This document shows positions 37,483 to 49,217 of a stretch of 64,000 nt of DNA, piece after piece. This DNA is from Lama glama. Lineage: Eukaryota. The stretch covers positions 63,178,001 to 63,242,000 of the forward strand of contig CM052841.1 in the NCBI GenBank assembly GCA_028534125.1. The letters run 5' to 3'. The position numbers and the translations under genes were made by a program. Each line of letters starts with the position of its first letter. The stretch's first letter is position 1. Under the pieces are notes generated by a model. That model searched no databases and had not been told where the DNA came from. It saw only the letters and a program-made list of their open reading frames with translations.

Positions 37483-37646
37483 NNNNNNNNNNNNNNNNNN
37501 NNNNNNNNNNNNNNNNNNNNNNNNNNNNNNNNNNNNNNNNNNNNNNNNNNNNNNNNNNNNNNNNNNNNNNNNNNNNNNNNNNNNNNNNNNNNNNNNNNNN
37601 NNNNNNNNNNNNNNNNNNNNNNNNNNNNNNNNNNNNNNNNNNNNNN
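37483..37646. other. Assembly gap (164 N)
   Basis: Run of N. Confidence 1.
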
Positions 37647-37745
37647 AGGATCATCCGCAGCGCGGGCCTCAGCCTCCTGGCCCAGGAGCGGCAGGAGAAC
37701 CTCCCAGACGAGATCTACCACGTGTACAGCTTAGCCCTGAGATGA
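37489..37745 (+). CDS. NTMT1: NTMT1 last coding exon (...RIIRSAGLSLLAQERQENLPDEIYHVYSLALR*); 5' part lies in the N gap, start inferred
   Basis: The visible part, 37647-37745, matches the NTMT1 C-terminus. The start is inferred from the 223-aa orthologue length. Confidence 0.85.
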
Positions 37746-38376
37746 GCAGGGGCTGGCAGGAGAGCGGGACCAGTGTGGGCGGGGGGAGCCAGCAGCAGGC
37801 AAGGTCCAGAAGCTCCATGTGGATGGTTCGGGAGTGTTGAGTGAGGCCACTAAATACACCTGTCTGCCGTCCACTCACTATACAGACTCTTCTTACAGAG
37901 GCACGGTGGGACCCCGCGGGGAGGGGTGCCACTGAGTGGGGCGGTGAGGCGGGAACCTGGCTCTGCTGCTGTGAGAGGTGGGGGTTGGGGAGGGCCCTGG
38001 TGCTCCCCATGTGGGAACCTGGCGACCCGCAGAAGCAGAGATTCCCTGATCTCCAGTAATGCCACCTGGCCTTCCTGCCAGTGGCTTGGCTGCCTTAAGA
38101 GGAAGAGAATAACCCTTAACTCTGCTGTTGAGGACTTTGCCTCGGGGGAGGAGGGGCTGGGCTGGTGGGACCTGCGGCTTTCTGAGCCCCCCGGCTGCCT
38201 TGAGCCCACATGGTGCTTGTCGTATCGGGCAGCTGGTGGGATGTCCACGTTCTGAGTCCTGTTTAGAGATAGGCCCTGGTGTCCTCACTGTGATCACTGC
38301 CGTGGCCTGCAGCAAGGGGAGGGGCCCGGAGCCTCACTCGGCTGCGCCTTGTGGCTCCTCCTTGGTGGGCATTTTC

Positions 38377-38388
38377 ATTAAAAATAAA
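38377..38388 (+). terminator. NTMT1 polyadenylation signal(s) ATTAAA/AATAAA
   Basis: attaaaaataaa about 640 nt after the stop, followed by GT/T-rich sequence. Confidence 0.7.
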
Positions 38389-38607
38389 AGGGAGACACCT
38401 TGTATGTGACATCCCTAGCCAGTCTGGAGTGGTGCTTTTCTTAACAGGGACAGCAGTGTTGCGCTACTTGAAAACTGTTTTCGAAAATGCTGCATCTGAT
38501 GCTGGCCATCTCTTCCACAGGATCCTCTGTCCTGGAGTAGGGCGGCTATGGCGGGAAGTGCGGGGTGGGGAGTGGGTTATACAAGGACCTTTAAGGCCAA
38601 AAGAAAA

Positions 38608-38613
38608 TTTAAT
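38608..38613 (-). terminator. Candidate ASB6 polyadenylation signal ATTAAA
   Basis: tttaat on the + strand in an AT-rich patch about 830 nt past the ASB6 stop. Confidence 0.5.
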
Positions 38614-39447
38614 TTTATAATATAAATATATCATTTACTTGCCTCAGTTTGTCTCCAAGGCATTTACACAATTCACAATGACCACTTTGTGTGACTTGCA
38701 AACGGCTTGGTGAGGGCTCAGGGTGGGGCGGTAGCTGGCTTTCAGTCTTGGTGGCTTTCTCCATCTGATGAACCCCTCACAAAATGACACATTTTGGAAA
38801 GCATAGCCCCTGGTCGTGCATGATTGCTTTTTAGAAGGCATGGTCCCCAAAACCCCAGGTTTGGCACAGAGCTGCCACCAGAGCCCAACCCTGTGCCTTG
38901 GTAGGCAGGGTGGTGGGTGACTTGGCCCCAGAGCTACAGAAGTGGCAGGAGTCAGCTTTCCCTGCCCACCAAAAACACTTGTGGACAGAATCCACAGTGA
39001 AGAGGTGGGAGTAAAGGGCCTCGGCCAGGCTGCACCCCCACAGGCCCCTCCCGCCTCCTTTAGCTTCACCCGTCTCCAGGCAGCACGGGCCTGTCTTGGA
39101 GCTCCCCTGCTTCTGCAAATGCCCAGCACTCCCCTCAAATGAAGAGGGGATAAGCTTGTCCCAAGTCTAAACCCCGGCCCTTATTCCGATATGGGTTGAG
39201 ACTTGGGGGCACTGGCAGAGGGAAGCTGAGGCAGTCTCTCTGAAGATGGAAGCCTTTCCCCACTGGAGTGGTTGTGGCCGCTGCGCTCCACCTGGCTTTC
39301 TTTGTACTCAGTAAGGATCAAGTCTCGCCTCCAACCAGCACCTTCTGACAGACAGGACCGAAGTTTCTCCCTAAGGTGCCAAAGGTACTGAAATCCACCA
39401 GCAGGCTGACTGAGCTGCCCAGACGCCGTCCCCTGTGTCCGGAGCTG

Positions 39448-40115
39448 TCAGATGTCATCTTCCACGGTGCCGCTGTGCTCACTGAGGAGGTACCACTTCA
39501 GCCTGTCAGGCAGAGGGAGAGCTTTGACCTTCGCGTCCACTGGCCACGGCTGAAGGTAGAGCCGGATGTAAACGCGACACAGGTGCTTGAGGGGTGGGGG
39601 GTAGCTCTCCAGCTGCCTCAGGGAGCCGTGGAGGGCCTGGATCTTTTCTGCCAGGCTGCCCACAGGGTGAATGTCGAAGTTTTCAGGCAGCTGGAGTTTC
39701 TGGGAATTAGTCACCATGAGATCCAGGACGGTCTCGGCTTTGCGCAGCAGGTCCACGTGGCTCTCGTCTTCGGCGCAGCCTGGGTGGGAACAGAGCCTCT
39801 CAAAGATGATGTGGAAGCCGGACCAGCAGGATGCGCCATGCAGAGAACAGTTATAGGCGGCTCCGGACTCCAGCAGGAAGCGCAGGAGCGGGAAATGCAG
39901 CTTAAAGCTCTTGAGGCAGATGTGTGTGAGGGACTCGTGGGCCGGGCACTCGCTGGGGTCGGCCCCGTGAGCCAGCAGCAACTGCGTTACTTGGAAGCAG
40001 AAGCGGTTGATCAACTGGGCCTCCTCCTTGTCCCCTCCCACCGTCTCACCCAGCAGGAAGATGATGCAGGTAAACACGGTGTCCCCATCTTTGGTGGTAG
40101 CCTTGACGTCTGCCC
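39448..40115 (-). CDS. ASB6: ASB6 exon 6 (ankyrin repeats + C-terminal SOCS box PPPLKHLCRVYIR...LPLPDRLKWYLL)
   Basis: ttccag acceptor and TGA stop. BC-box and Cul5-box motifs are present. Total CDS 1266 nt = 421 aa. Confidence 0.97.
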
Positions 40116-40266
40116 CTGGAAGAGCCAGAGGGAGAACAGAAGGTGGGAGATGGCCTTAAACCCTTCCCAAGTAATACTTCATGTTCCAGGCGGTGGGGAG
40201 AGCCCGCGGAGACCAAGTGCAGTGGGAAAGGATGACGCTGGGGAACAGCCTGGGCTCTGGCCTCAC

Positions 40267-40353
40267 CTCCTTCCAGTAAGAGCCGGATGTTCTCAGTGTT
40301 GTGGATCTGCACCCCGTCACTGCTGGCCAAGGCATGGAGCAGAGCAGTCTTTC
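40267..40353 (-). CDS. ASB6: ASB6 exon 5 (GKTALLHALASSDGVQIHNTENIRLLLEG)
   Basis: ccccag acceptor, G|GTGAGG donor, 87 nt. Confidence 0.95.
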
Positions 40354-40826
40354 CTGGGGAAGGAGAGTGAGTGAGGAGGAGAGGGAAGCCAGGAAGCCAA
40401 GGGCGGGGCAACCCCAGAGGTGGAGGGGAAACACAGACACGCAGGGTCAGAACACAATGAACTTGAAAAGCTACTGATATCTCAGCTAGGGTGGAGGGTG
40501 ACAAGTTTCTGGTCACTCTCTCCACCCAAACTCAGGTGGGAACCGAAGGGCCAGAAGTAGAACTTTTCTGGACCCTGAGATGCTACCTGCAACCCAGGCT
40601 GGGTCTCTCCCAGTAGGAGGCCCGGTCCCTCAGAAGCTGAGCGCACACATACCCCATTTCCTCCTACAGCAGCCCTCAACGCACTGCCTCAGCAAGTCAG
40701 CAAAATGCACCTGCGTAGCCTGGCTGTGCTGTGCCATCAGATGGGCTGCATCCAGCCCAGGGTACCCAGTTGTGCTCACAAGGCAACTCTGCCCAGGCCC
40801 GTCTGTTTCTCTAGGGAGGCACCCAC

Positions 40827-40935
40827 CATGCTTGTCGGCGGCGTTGACATCTGCTCCAAGATCCAGGAGGCGCTGCAGGCAGGGCAGGCGCTCTGGCTCC
40901 TCGCTGGCCAGGTCCAAGGGGCTGCTCTCGTGGAT
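40827..40935 (-). CDS. ASB6: ASB6 exon 4 (IHESSPLDLASEEPERLPCLQRLLDLGADVNAADKH)
   Basis: ctcag acceptor, G|GTGGGT donor, ankyrin consensus. Confidence 0.95.
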
Positions 40936-41035
40936 CTGAGCCCAGAAAGCATAGCCAGGTTGGCCTGGGGGGCTGTGGGCTGCGTGGGGCCCCTACCACA
41001 TGCCCCCTTCAGAGCAGGCTGGATCTGGCTCTTAC

Positions 41036-41142
41036 CCGGTCCCTCCGGTTAATGTCGGCCCCATGGCGCACCAGCAGCTCCACCATGTCAGGCTGGTTTC
41101 GCAGGACGGCGATGTGCAGGGCCGTGTAGTAGGTGACGGGGT
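41036..41142 (-). CDS. ASB6: ASB6 exon 3 (DPVTYYTALHIAVLRNQPDMVELLVRHGADINRRDR)
   Basis: ttcag acceptor, CGG|GTAAGA donor, ankyrin TALH motif. Confidence 0.95.
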
Positions 41143-42192
41143 CTGAAGGCACAGACACAGTTCACGTCAGTCCTGCCTCTCGGCATGTTCTTGCAGCATC
41201 CCAGGTCCTGGCCTGGCAGCCCGGCCCCAGCACGGCAGCCTAAGGAGTCCCGGGCTCCTGTCACCATGAGGGATCAGGACACAGCTGTCCTCATCAGATG
41301 CCACAGCCTGGGCTCTGGAGTCAGGCCTAGGTTTGGGTCCTGGGGGCATTCTAATGGACATGGTACTTAACCTGGGCTTCAGTGTCTTCTGTAAAATGGG
41401 ACCTAAAACAAGGCCATTGAAAGGAACACCCAGAGTGACAGCTCCTTCAGCCTTGTGATACAAGCTAAGTTCTCAAAGCTGGGTCCCCAAGGGACTGACT
41501 TCAGAATGTCCCCTTCCCCCAATCAGCTCCTTGAACCTCCAGGAGCCCAGCAGCCTCAGAGCCTGTCCTCACATGGGGAGGAGACACACGCCTGGACATA
41601 TCCTGTGTCAGCACAAAAAAACCCCATTCAGCCACAAGTCAGCCCTGCTTGTCTCCCAGCTAACCCTGTTCCCCCCTTCCCCACCCCCAGTGAAAGCAGA
41701 GAGGGAAGGAAAATGGCTTGTCACCATCCCCCAGCACACAAGCCAGAAGCCAACATGGTCCTGATGTGATTTATGCCTGGCGTGGCTTATCTGTTTTCCC
41801 CTCTCCCGATGGCAGGAACAAAAATGCAAGATGGCTCAGAATGAATAGCACAAAATGACTTTCCCTTAGCCTTGGGCACAGTGCCAGCAGCCACATTTTC
41901 ACACTAATGGAAGCAGGGATTTAGCCGGGAGCCAGGGAAAGTTCCCCAAATCTATCACATGGCAGAAGCAAACTCACTCTTGGATCAGAGGTGGTTAAAG
42001 GCCATTTGAAAGCCCACAGGGAGATGGGAGGCCACCAAGTGTGGCTTTCCTTAGTCATCACCCACGAAATAAATGAGGGAAATAGCTCCTAAGAGAACAG
42101 TAAATGCAGAGCCTGAAGGCCTGGCCGCCCACCCAGAGCAAGGCCACACTTAAGCCATATATGCACCCCAGCCCCTCTGAGCTCCAGCTGAC

Positions 42193-42374
42193 CTTCAAAA
42201 TTGAGGTTGGCTCCGTTCCGCAGGAGAACGTCCGCTGCACGCGTCAGTCCCAGCTCAGCCATCTTCAGCAGGGCGTTGCTCACACCTTCCTGGTAAAACG
42301 GAGAGTGGGCTTTTCTCTCCAGCAGCTCGGTGAGAACAAGGATTCGGCTCTCCTCGCTGGCAACATAACTGGGC
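42193..42374 (-). CDS. ASB6: ASB6 exon 2 (PSYVASEESRILVLTELLERKAHSPFYQEGVSNALLKMAELGLTRAADVLLRNGANLNFE)
   Basis: ctgcag acceptor, G|GTCAGC donor, 182 nt. Confidence 0.95.
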
Positions 42375-43359
42375 CTGCAGCAGGAGAGAGGCGGACCAGC
42401 TGGCTGGGCACCCTGTGCGTGTGTGGCCTTTAGTCTCCTGCTGTCATCCCCCTAGACAGGGCCCTGGCTCTGTGGGGCAGAAAGTCTCTTCAGAAAAGGT
42501 CTGTGGTAGAGGGCCAAGCTGGATCTTTTCACTGGAGCAAACTCCTTGGGTTTGCTGAGAAAGGACCCTGGCTTCAGCCTCCTTCCAAGTTGCCCAGAGA
42601 ATCTGGCCCCTGGCTTGGGCATACACCTGGATTGTTGGCACTGAAGGTAACCCTTGTGGCCAGAGCAAGAACCAGACACTGACACCCCTTCTTCAGATAC
42701 TATCCCTGAGCTGCAGAGGATGCCGGACCAGCCCAGGCAACCTCCACAGCCAAGGCAGTCAGCAGACCTTCTTCCCCGCTGACGCTCAGAGACACTCAGC
42801 CTCCCAGCCTTCCAAAGGCTGAGTGCACACATGTCCTTAGCACGCCAGCCCCAACCCACCCACCTCCTCTGCCAATTCCAACTGACCCCTAGAAACACAC
42901 CTGATCCCCTTTCCTCTGCTCTTTTCTCCGTTCCATTTAATACACTGTGCACTTCACTTATGCTTGTCAGTCTCTCTTCTGGGCCACAAGCATCACAAAG
43001 GTTGGGGGTTTTTGTTTAGCTCACTGATGGACCCCCGCACGATTCACTTTCAAACACCTTTCCCACAGATTCACGGATAGACCTGCTCCCATCTATATAA
43101 AATGCAAACTCAGCTACGGAAAGCTCGTTTTGCACTGCTCACAGATTCCACTCTGCTCCTCTGCAACTCAGGGTGGAGGACACAGGACAGGCAGGGCGCA
43201 GGGTAGGGCCCTGAGGCGGAGGCCCTGCCGACACCACACCCTCCAGCCCTCCCTGCGCTGGCCAGGAACACTCTCCAGCCCTGTCTGTCTCTCCATCTGT
43301 CAGGCGGGGCCACCGTCCGCCCCAACCCCCGCCATGTTTGTAATGACAATTAAAGGGAG

Positions 43360-44130
43360 GCAGTGCCTGGTCGGAGGCGGGAAGGGGACGAGTTACCCAT
43401 CCAGGGGCTCCTGCCGCTCGGGGTCCTGGATCCCCAAGGAGCCCAGAATTGCATCCACTAGCGGCTGGTACTCGAAGATGATCCTCCGGAAGCCGTGCAA
43501 GAACGGCATTGCGGCAGCCGCGCCTTCCGCCGAGGCCAAGATGCCGACTGGGCGCGTTCCAGCGGCCGCGGTCTCGGCCAGCTCTGGCCACTACTGATCC
43601 CGTCTCCGCAGCCGGCCCAATCTACCGCCCAACCCGCTGCTCCGCGCCGGAAGTGACCCTCGCACTTCCGGCTCGTTCCGGCCCAGAAAAGCCAGCGGGA
43701 CCGACAGCGCCCTCTGCGGGCTAGGAAGACCGAAGCGCAACTGGGAGCGGGAGCCAGGGCTGTCTAGGGGGCGGCCCCGCGGGAATCCAGTGCGCGGACC
43801 CGCAGCTCAGCCCGATCCCAGCCTACGGTGATCCCACCCGTCCTCGGCCCGGCCCGGCTCCGCCCTGCGATCCCGCCCGCGGCCGCTGGGCGCCGTCCGA
43901 GCTCCGCCCACTGCGCTCACTAGCCCGATCACTGCTCAGCTCCCTCCGGCGGTGGAGGTGACTCGAACCTCCCGCGTACCTGAGCCGCCCTGGACTCGGG
44001 TCGGACCACGGCTGGACCCGGCTCTTGCCTCCCCGCTACGCTGACTAGACTACACCCACCTCGATGGGCGATGGGGACAATTCCTTAGTCTCCGCCCCCG
44101 GGAGCTTCTAGCGCCGCAGGCTGCCGGCTC
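43360..44130. promoter_or_regulatory. ASB6 CpG-island promoter
   Basis: Dense CpG, an inverted ETS pair at 43646-43672, and a CTCF-like motif at 43705-43720. Confidence 0.85.
43397..43509 (-). CDS. ASB6: ASB6 exon 1 coding part (MPFLHGFRRIIFEYQPLVDAILGSLGIQDPERQEPLDG)
   Basis: ATG at 43509, GG|GTAACT donor, recognised ASB6 N-terminus. Confidence 0.96.
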
Positions 44131-45424
44131 CTTCCACGTTATGCTTTGAGGGACTCAGTGAACTGTAATTTCTTCATCTGTGAAATGGAGATAATCAAAC
44201 CCCACGCAAGATCCTGGAACAAGAGCTCTTACTGTCAGTGGAACTGGAGACTTGCAGCAAGGAATCCAAGCCTGAGGCCACTTTTCTGGGGTGTAGGCAA
44301 CTTCCCTTGGCCTCGCATTTGAACCTGCACAACCCTGAGGCCCACAGTAGAACCCTGATATCTTCATGATTCTGAAAAGTCCGTTACGAAGAGGCGCGCC
44401 TCTCCCAGCCGTTCACATCGCAGCCTTGGTCTCCCGTCTACCCGCTACCCCGAACTCGTGTGGGCTTGGGAGTGTCTCCTGCCCGGCAGGTGCCAGAAGC
44501 AAGAGTTGTTGAGCGAAGTTGAAAACGTTTAGAGACGAATTTAAATTTAACCTTGTGTCTATGTTAAAAAAAAAAAAAACAGAATAAGCCTCCTCCTTTT
44601 GGGAGCTAAACAGTCTTACCAAGAAAACCCAACCAAAGCATTGACAGGTCCAGCTAGGGGGACCCAGCAGGGTTGAGTACGCTGCAGGGGCTGGATAATT
44701 GCTCGCTATTATTATTGTCCAGTTTACAAGGTTGTTGTGCAGATGTAGTGATGAGCTCTTAAAATCCCCATCACTCTCAGAAGCCTCATTTTGCCTCCCC
44801 CTCCGTTGCCTAAAGCAGCAAGAAAGAGGGGTGGGGGTGGGCAACAGGGTTTAAGCCCCTTTGGGCAGGCCAGCTTAGGTTTGTCAAAGGGGCTCCAGAC
44901 ACAAGGTCCTTGGTTCCCACACACATCTGCCTTGGTTCTCCCTCGGGGAAGAAGTTATCTTCTCCTAAAGTGAAACTGGGAACTTTTGCTCACACATAAA
45001 TGGAGATTTCCAGGTTGTCTTGTAAAATCAGAAAATCTGGCACCCGGGCCCAAATTCCTACCTGGCAGCAAAGAGCATCTGGATGGGGCACTTGCTCCGC
45101 TGTGTCTCCATCCTGCAGGGTGTTAGTTTCCCTGGGGGTTTGGGAGTGTCTGCCCCTGTTTGAAGGGTCCACACCCAACCCCTCAATTCATCCCAGGGCC
45201 TGGAATGATGCAGCAGCCCACAGGTTGCTTCACACCCCGGGGCTTCACAGTCCAATTTGATCCAGGGTCACTTGTTCGTGGCACAGGTAAGGGGCCTGAG
45301 GGGCCTGGAGAAGCCTGACTTGCCCAAGAGCACATGGTCAGTACCTGGAGGAGGCCCTTCTAGAATGGGGTCCAGGGCAGAACGGGAGGCCGGGAGGAAG
45401 CAGCCTGGTCTGAAGCCTTGACTT

Positions 45425-45860
45425 CATTCATTTCCTAAGGCTGTGTTAAAAAAGCACCACAAACTGGGTGACTTAAAACAACAGAAACGTATTGCCTCCC
45501 AGTTCTGGGGGCCAGAAGTCTCAAGTCACAGTGCCAGCAGGGCCATGCTCCCCTAGAGGCCCTGGGGAAGGTTCTGGCAGCCCCAGGCATTGCTTGTCTT
45601 GTGGCAGCATCCGCCCAGTCTCTGCCTGTCTCTGTCTTCACGTGGCCTTCTTCCCTGTGTCTGTGTCTCTGTCCAAATTTCCCTATCTTTTCTAAATGGC
45701 ACCAGCCGTCGGATATAGGGCCCACGTTAATCCAGGATGGACCAATTTTAACTTGGTTGCCTTTGCAAAAACCCTATTTCCAAATAAGGTCACGGTCATA
45801 GGTTCCATGGGGTCAGGACTTGAATATATGTCTTTGGAGGATTTAATGAAAGCCACTCCA
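45425..45860 (-). mobile_element. MaLR LTR (MLT1C-like)
   Basis: accacaaactgggtgacttaaaacaacagaaa...cagttctgggggccagaagtc...tgcaaaaaccctatttccaaataaggtcac. Confidence 0.88.
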
Positions 45861-46704
45861 ACAGATGCCCTCAGGCATGGCCTTTCTGGTCTCTGGGCCT
45901 CAGCTTCCTCCCCTGTAACGTGAAGGCCTTTCAGCTCTGACAGTCTTGGAGCCAGTGAAGAGGTCCTTGATGTCACTGATGGACTCTGCCAGTAAGAAAA
46001 CTCTGATTGTCTTGTGATTAGGATGGTAGCAGTCATGAGTTAATTTTCATATACTGAGCCCTTCTGATGCGACAGACAGTGTGCTAAATACTTGACATTC
46101 TACTAAGTTAGTGATGGTTTGACACCCTTTTTCAAACAAGGAAACTGAGGCTCAGAGAGGTTTGGATGCTTGCCTAACATTGCACAGGTAGGTTGGGACT
46201 TTAACCCAAGTCTGGGAGACTCTTCCATATACCAGGCCTCCAGGGGTCAAGTGCCCTGCAGCTCCTCTGGTTTGGGGGCCTGAGAGGGTCTGGACATGCC
46301 GGAGGGAGGGGCTGACCCTTGCTCCATCACAGCCCTTGGGCACCATACCGTGGAGCAGGCCCTGCCGCCTGCCCGTCGCCCAGGCTCCTATCTTTAGAAA
46401 GCTCTGTGACCCATGACCTCTTCCCGTCAGCAAGGGCAACCCTATTTCCTCCATCTGCCTTCCATTAAGGCCCTGTCACTCAGAGCCTCTCATTTCAGCT
46501 TCAAACCTCTCTTCTTTCCTTGCCACTGCCTCTCACAGTCCTGCCAGCCTAGCTGCCTCCTGCTACCCAACTCCAGGTCCTCAGCAGACTGGGGGTCGTG
46601 GGGCCAAGCACTCAATGCTCAGACCCTGGCAGGGTCTGTCCCTGCCTCCACCTCCCCAGGGAGGTTGGGAGTCCCTCTGACTATCCAGTGCACAGAGGGG
46701 GATA

Positions 46705-46830
46705 ACCTTAATATATAAAGAACTGTTAAAAATCAACAAGATGGCAAAAAACACTAACAGAAAAATGGGCAAAGGACAGGCACAGGGGAGTCACAGAGGA
46801 TGAAAAACTGTCCACAAACATAAGGAGGGA
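46705..46830 (+). mobile_element. Ancient L1 (ORF2 3') fragment
   Basis: aatatataaagaactgttaaaaatcaacaag...gaaaaatgggcaaaggaca. Confidence 0.7.
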
Positions 46831-47737
46831 AGTTTAGCCCCTCAAGCTGTCGAACACCAACAGTAGTGATAGCGGACATCTAGGACATACCATGTGCTAG
46901 ACTGTGCCCTCAAGCAGCTCAAGAAAGCAAGTTATGGAACGGTAGGTACTGTCTGATCTCATTTAGGAAAAAGTGTGGAGGGGTTGTGTGTGTGTATATG
47001 CACATGCAGGGGCAGGAGTAACTCTGGATGATCCCAGGCTGAGATGCTATTGGTGAGTGTTTCTGTGCTGGAATCTGGGGAATTTTTATCTTCTTGGTGC
47101 TTCTCTGTATGTTCTACCTTCTTACCCATGAGTGTGTCTTACCTGAGACTCAAGACTCCAGATCAGCCAGAGGCAGGGGAATCAGGCCCTGCACGTCCTC
47201 TGACACCTAGGGTGCAAGTTAAGGCCGTGAACACCAGGGCAAGGCCGTGGTCTGTGCACAAAGCCTTTTCTCCTCCCAGCTCCACCTAGTGACAGCCTTC
47301 CCAGAGCGCAGATCACCTCCCCCAAGTCCCTCCTGAACCCCCCAACCCTGGGCCCCCCTAGCCTGCATTAGCGCACTCTCACGGCCCTCCCCAGTCCTCT
47401 GGTACCCCAGGGCGCAGCCGGACTGTATGAATGATAAATTGATCGCAGCAGCAGCCTTTGGTGTGGTGTGTCTTGTGCTCCGTGGATTAGATTAGAAGCT
47501 CCACCTGGATTGTCTGACTGACTGGTCATAACACCCCAGGAAGGGAGTAACAGTGGGAGAGTCCGGGAGACGGAGGCTCAGAGAGAGAATTGAGCAACCC
47601 CAGGGCAGCCAGCGAGTTGGGGGCCCAGTTGGGACTCCATCCCGAGCCTGGCCCTTAATATCTCCCTGGAGCCCCAGCTCAGGGCCCTGGCCACCCGCCC
47701 AGCCACAGTCCCCTGCACTCTCTCCGCTCCTCCTTCC

Positions 47738-47897
47738 TCACACACACTCTCACACTCACACACACACTCACACGGCAGACCCTCACACACGTGCTCCCTC
47801 TCACACCCACACCGACTTGGGACACCACATTCACGCCCACAAGATGTTCTCCCACGCACTCACACGCTCACACCAACACTTCCTCAGACACAATCAT

Positions 47898-47937
<40 letters not shown>
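47738..47937. repeat. (CA)n-rich simple repeat
   Basis: Seen directly in the sequence. Confidence 0.9.
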
Positions 47938-48949
47938 GCTCCGGGGCGGCAGGAGGGGTGGTGTCGTGGCCCCGTCCCAGCACCTCCACCTTCCTGTGCC
48001 CCCTGCCCAGGAGGGGCTCTCGGCAGCCAAGTCTGTCCTTATAAGGCCCTTGAAGGGGAAATTGGGTCAAAGCCCCCTCACTTTATTTCTCTCTCTCTCT
48101 CTCTTTTTGATTTGGCAGCATTTCCATAAAGTGAGATATTTGGAAAAATGTAGCAATCTGCCACCAGGAACGTGCTTCCCCCTCTGGGTGGAGAGCCTCC
48201 AGCTTCAGGCCTGGCAGGTCCCGGGGCGGCAGAGAGGCGGGCGGGCGGGCATACTTCTCCAGTGCAGTCATGGGGCTGCCGCCCCCAGGCTTCTTCCTGT
48301 CTGCACCCCTCCTGGGGCCCAGCCCCATTCCCCCACCTCTGACCCCGCTCTGACCCCCGACCCTCAGGACCAGGAGGCCCCGCCTGCTCGGCTCTGTTTG
48401 ACTGCGGTCCCCGTGCTGAAGGGCAGAACCCAATTCTCTGCTCCGGGGGGCTTAGCCCTCTGTGGGCTCAGCGGGCAGCTGAGGGACGGGGAGGCTGGGA
48501 ATGGGGGCCGGCAGCAGGGAAAGACTTTCCTGCCCTCTCCCTCATTTTGCAGACCCCCAACACCCAGGGACGTCTGTGCTCCCAGTAGCCTGCCTCACTC
48601 CTCCCTGCTACCTGCCCCCTCCAAGAAACCTGGCTCTGCTGGCCAGAGCCCCCTGCCCCAGGGCAGCCTCCTCCCTGACATGCCCACCACCCCATTCCAC
48701 ACCCAGACACTGCAGGTGGTCCTGATGCTTGGCCAGGGAATGGGGCCTGTGAGAACCAGTGCTGGGCTGGGCCAGGCCCTGGGGAAGCCCCCAGGTGGGC
48801 AGCCCAGAGCCTCAGAAGGGGTGCTGAGGGACCCCCTTCCTCTGTCATCCCTATGTACCCACATCAGGGGCCCCACCTGACCCCCAGCCTCTTCCAAATG
48901 AGATGAGTCCTTAGGCCCTCAGAAGACCAGGATGACAGGGTGAGAAGGC

Positions 48950-49217
48950 ACTTACAGCCTTACAGGAGGCTGGCAAGTTCAAGATCAAGATGCCAGCAAG
49001 GTGGGTTTCATTCCAAGGCCTTTTCTCTTGGCTTATAAGCGGCCACCAACTCCCTGTGCTCTCGCAGGACATCCTTCCTTTTCTTACAAGGGCCCTAATC
49101 CCATCGTGGGGGCTCTACCATCATGGGCTCACCTCCTAATACCACCACATTGGAGGTTAGGGCTTCAGCATATGAATTTACGGGAGGGTGGGAGAGGGGG
49201 ACACATTCAGCCCATAC
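48950..49217 (-). mobile_element. MaLR LTR fragment (MLT1A/MST-like)
   Basis: ggaggctggcaagttcaagatcaagatgccagca...cacattggaggttagggcttcagcatatgaattt...gacacattcagcccata. Confidence 0.8.

Noticed and set aside
39376-40374. 332-aa + strand ORF
   Set aside because: It is the antisense shadow of ASB6 exons 5-6, has a non-ATG start and resembles no recognisable protein.
47966-48880. 304-aa ORF, and similar long ORFs at 23973, 30011, 32724 and 62348
   Set aside because: Low-complexity P/G/S/R composition or repeat-derived parts, mostly non-ATG starts, and no recognisable domain.
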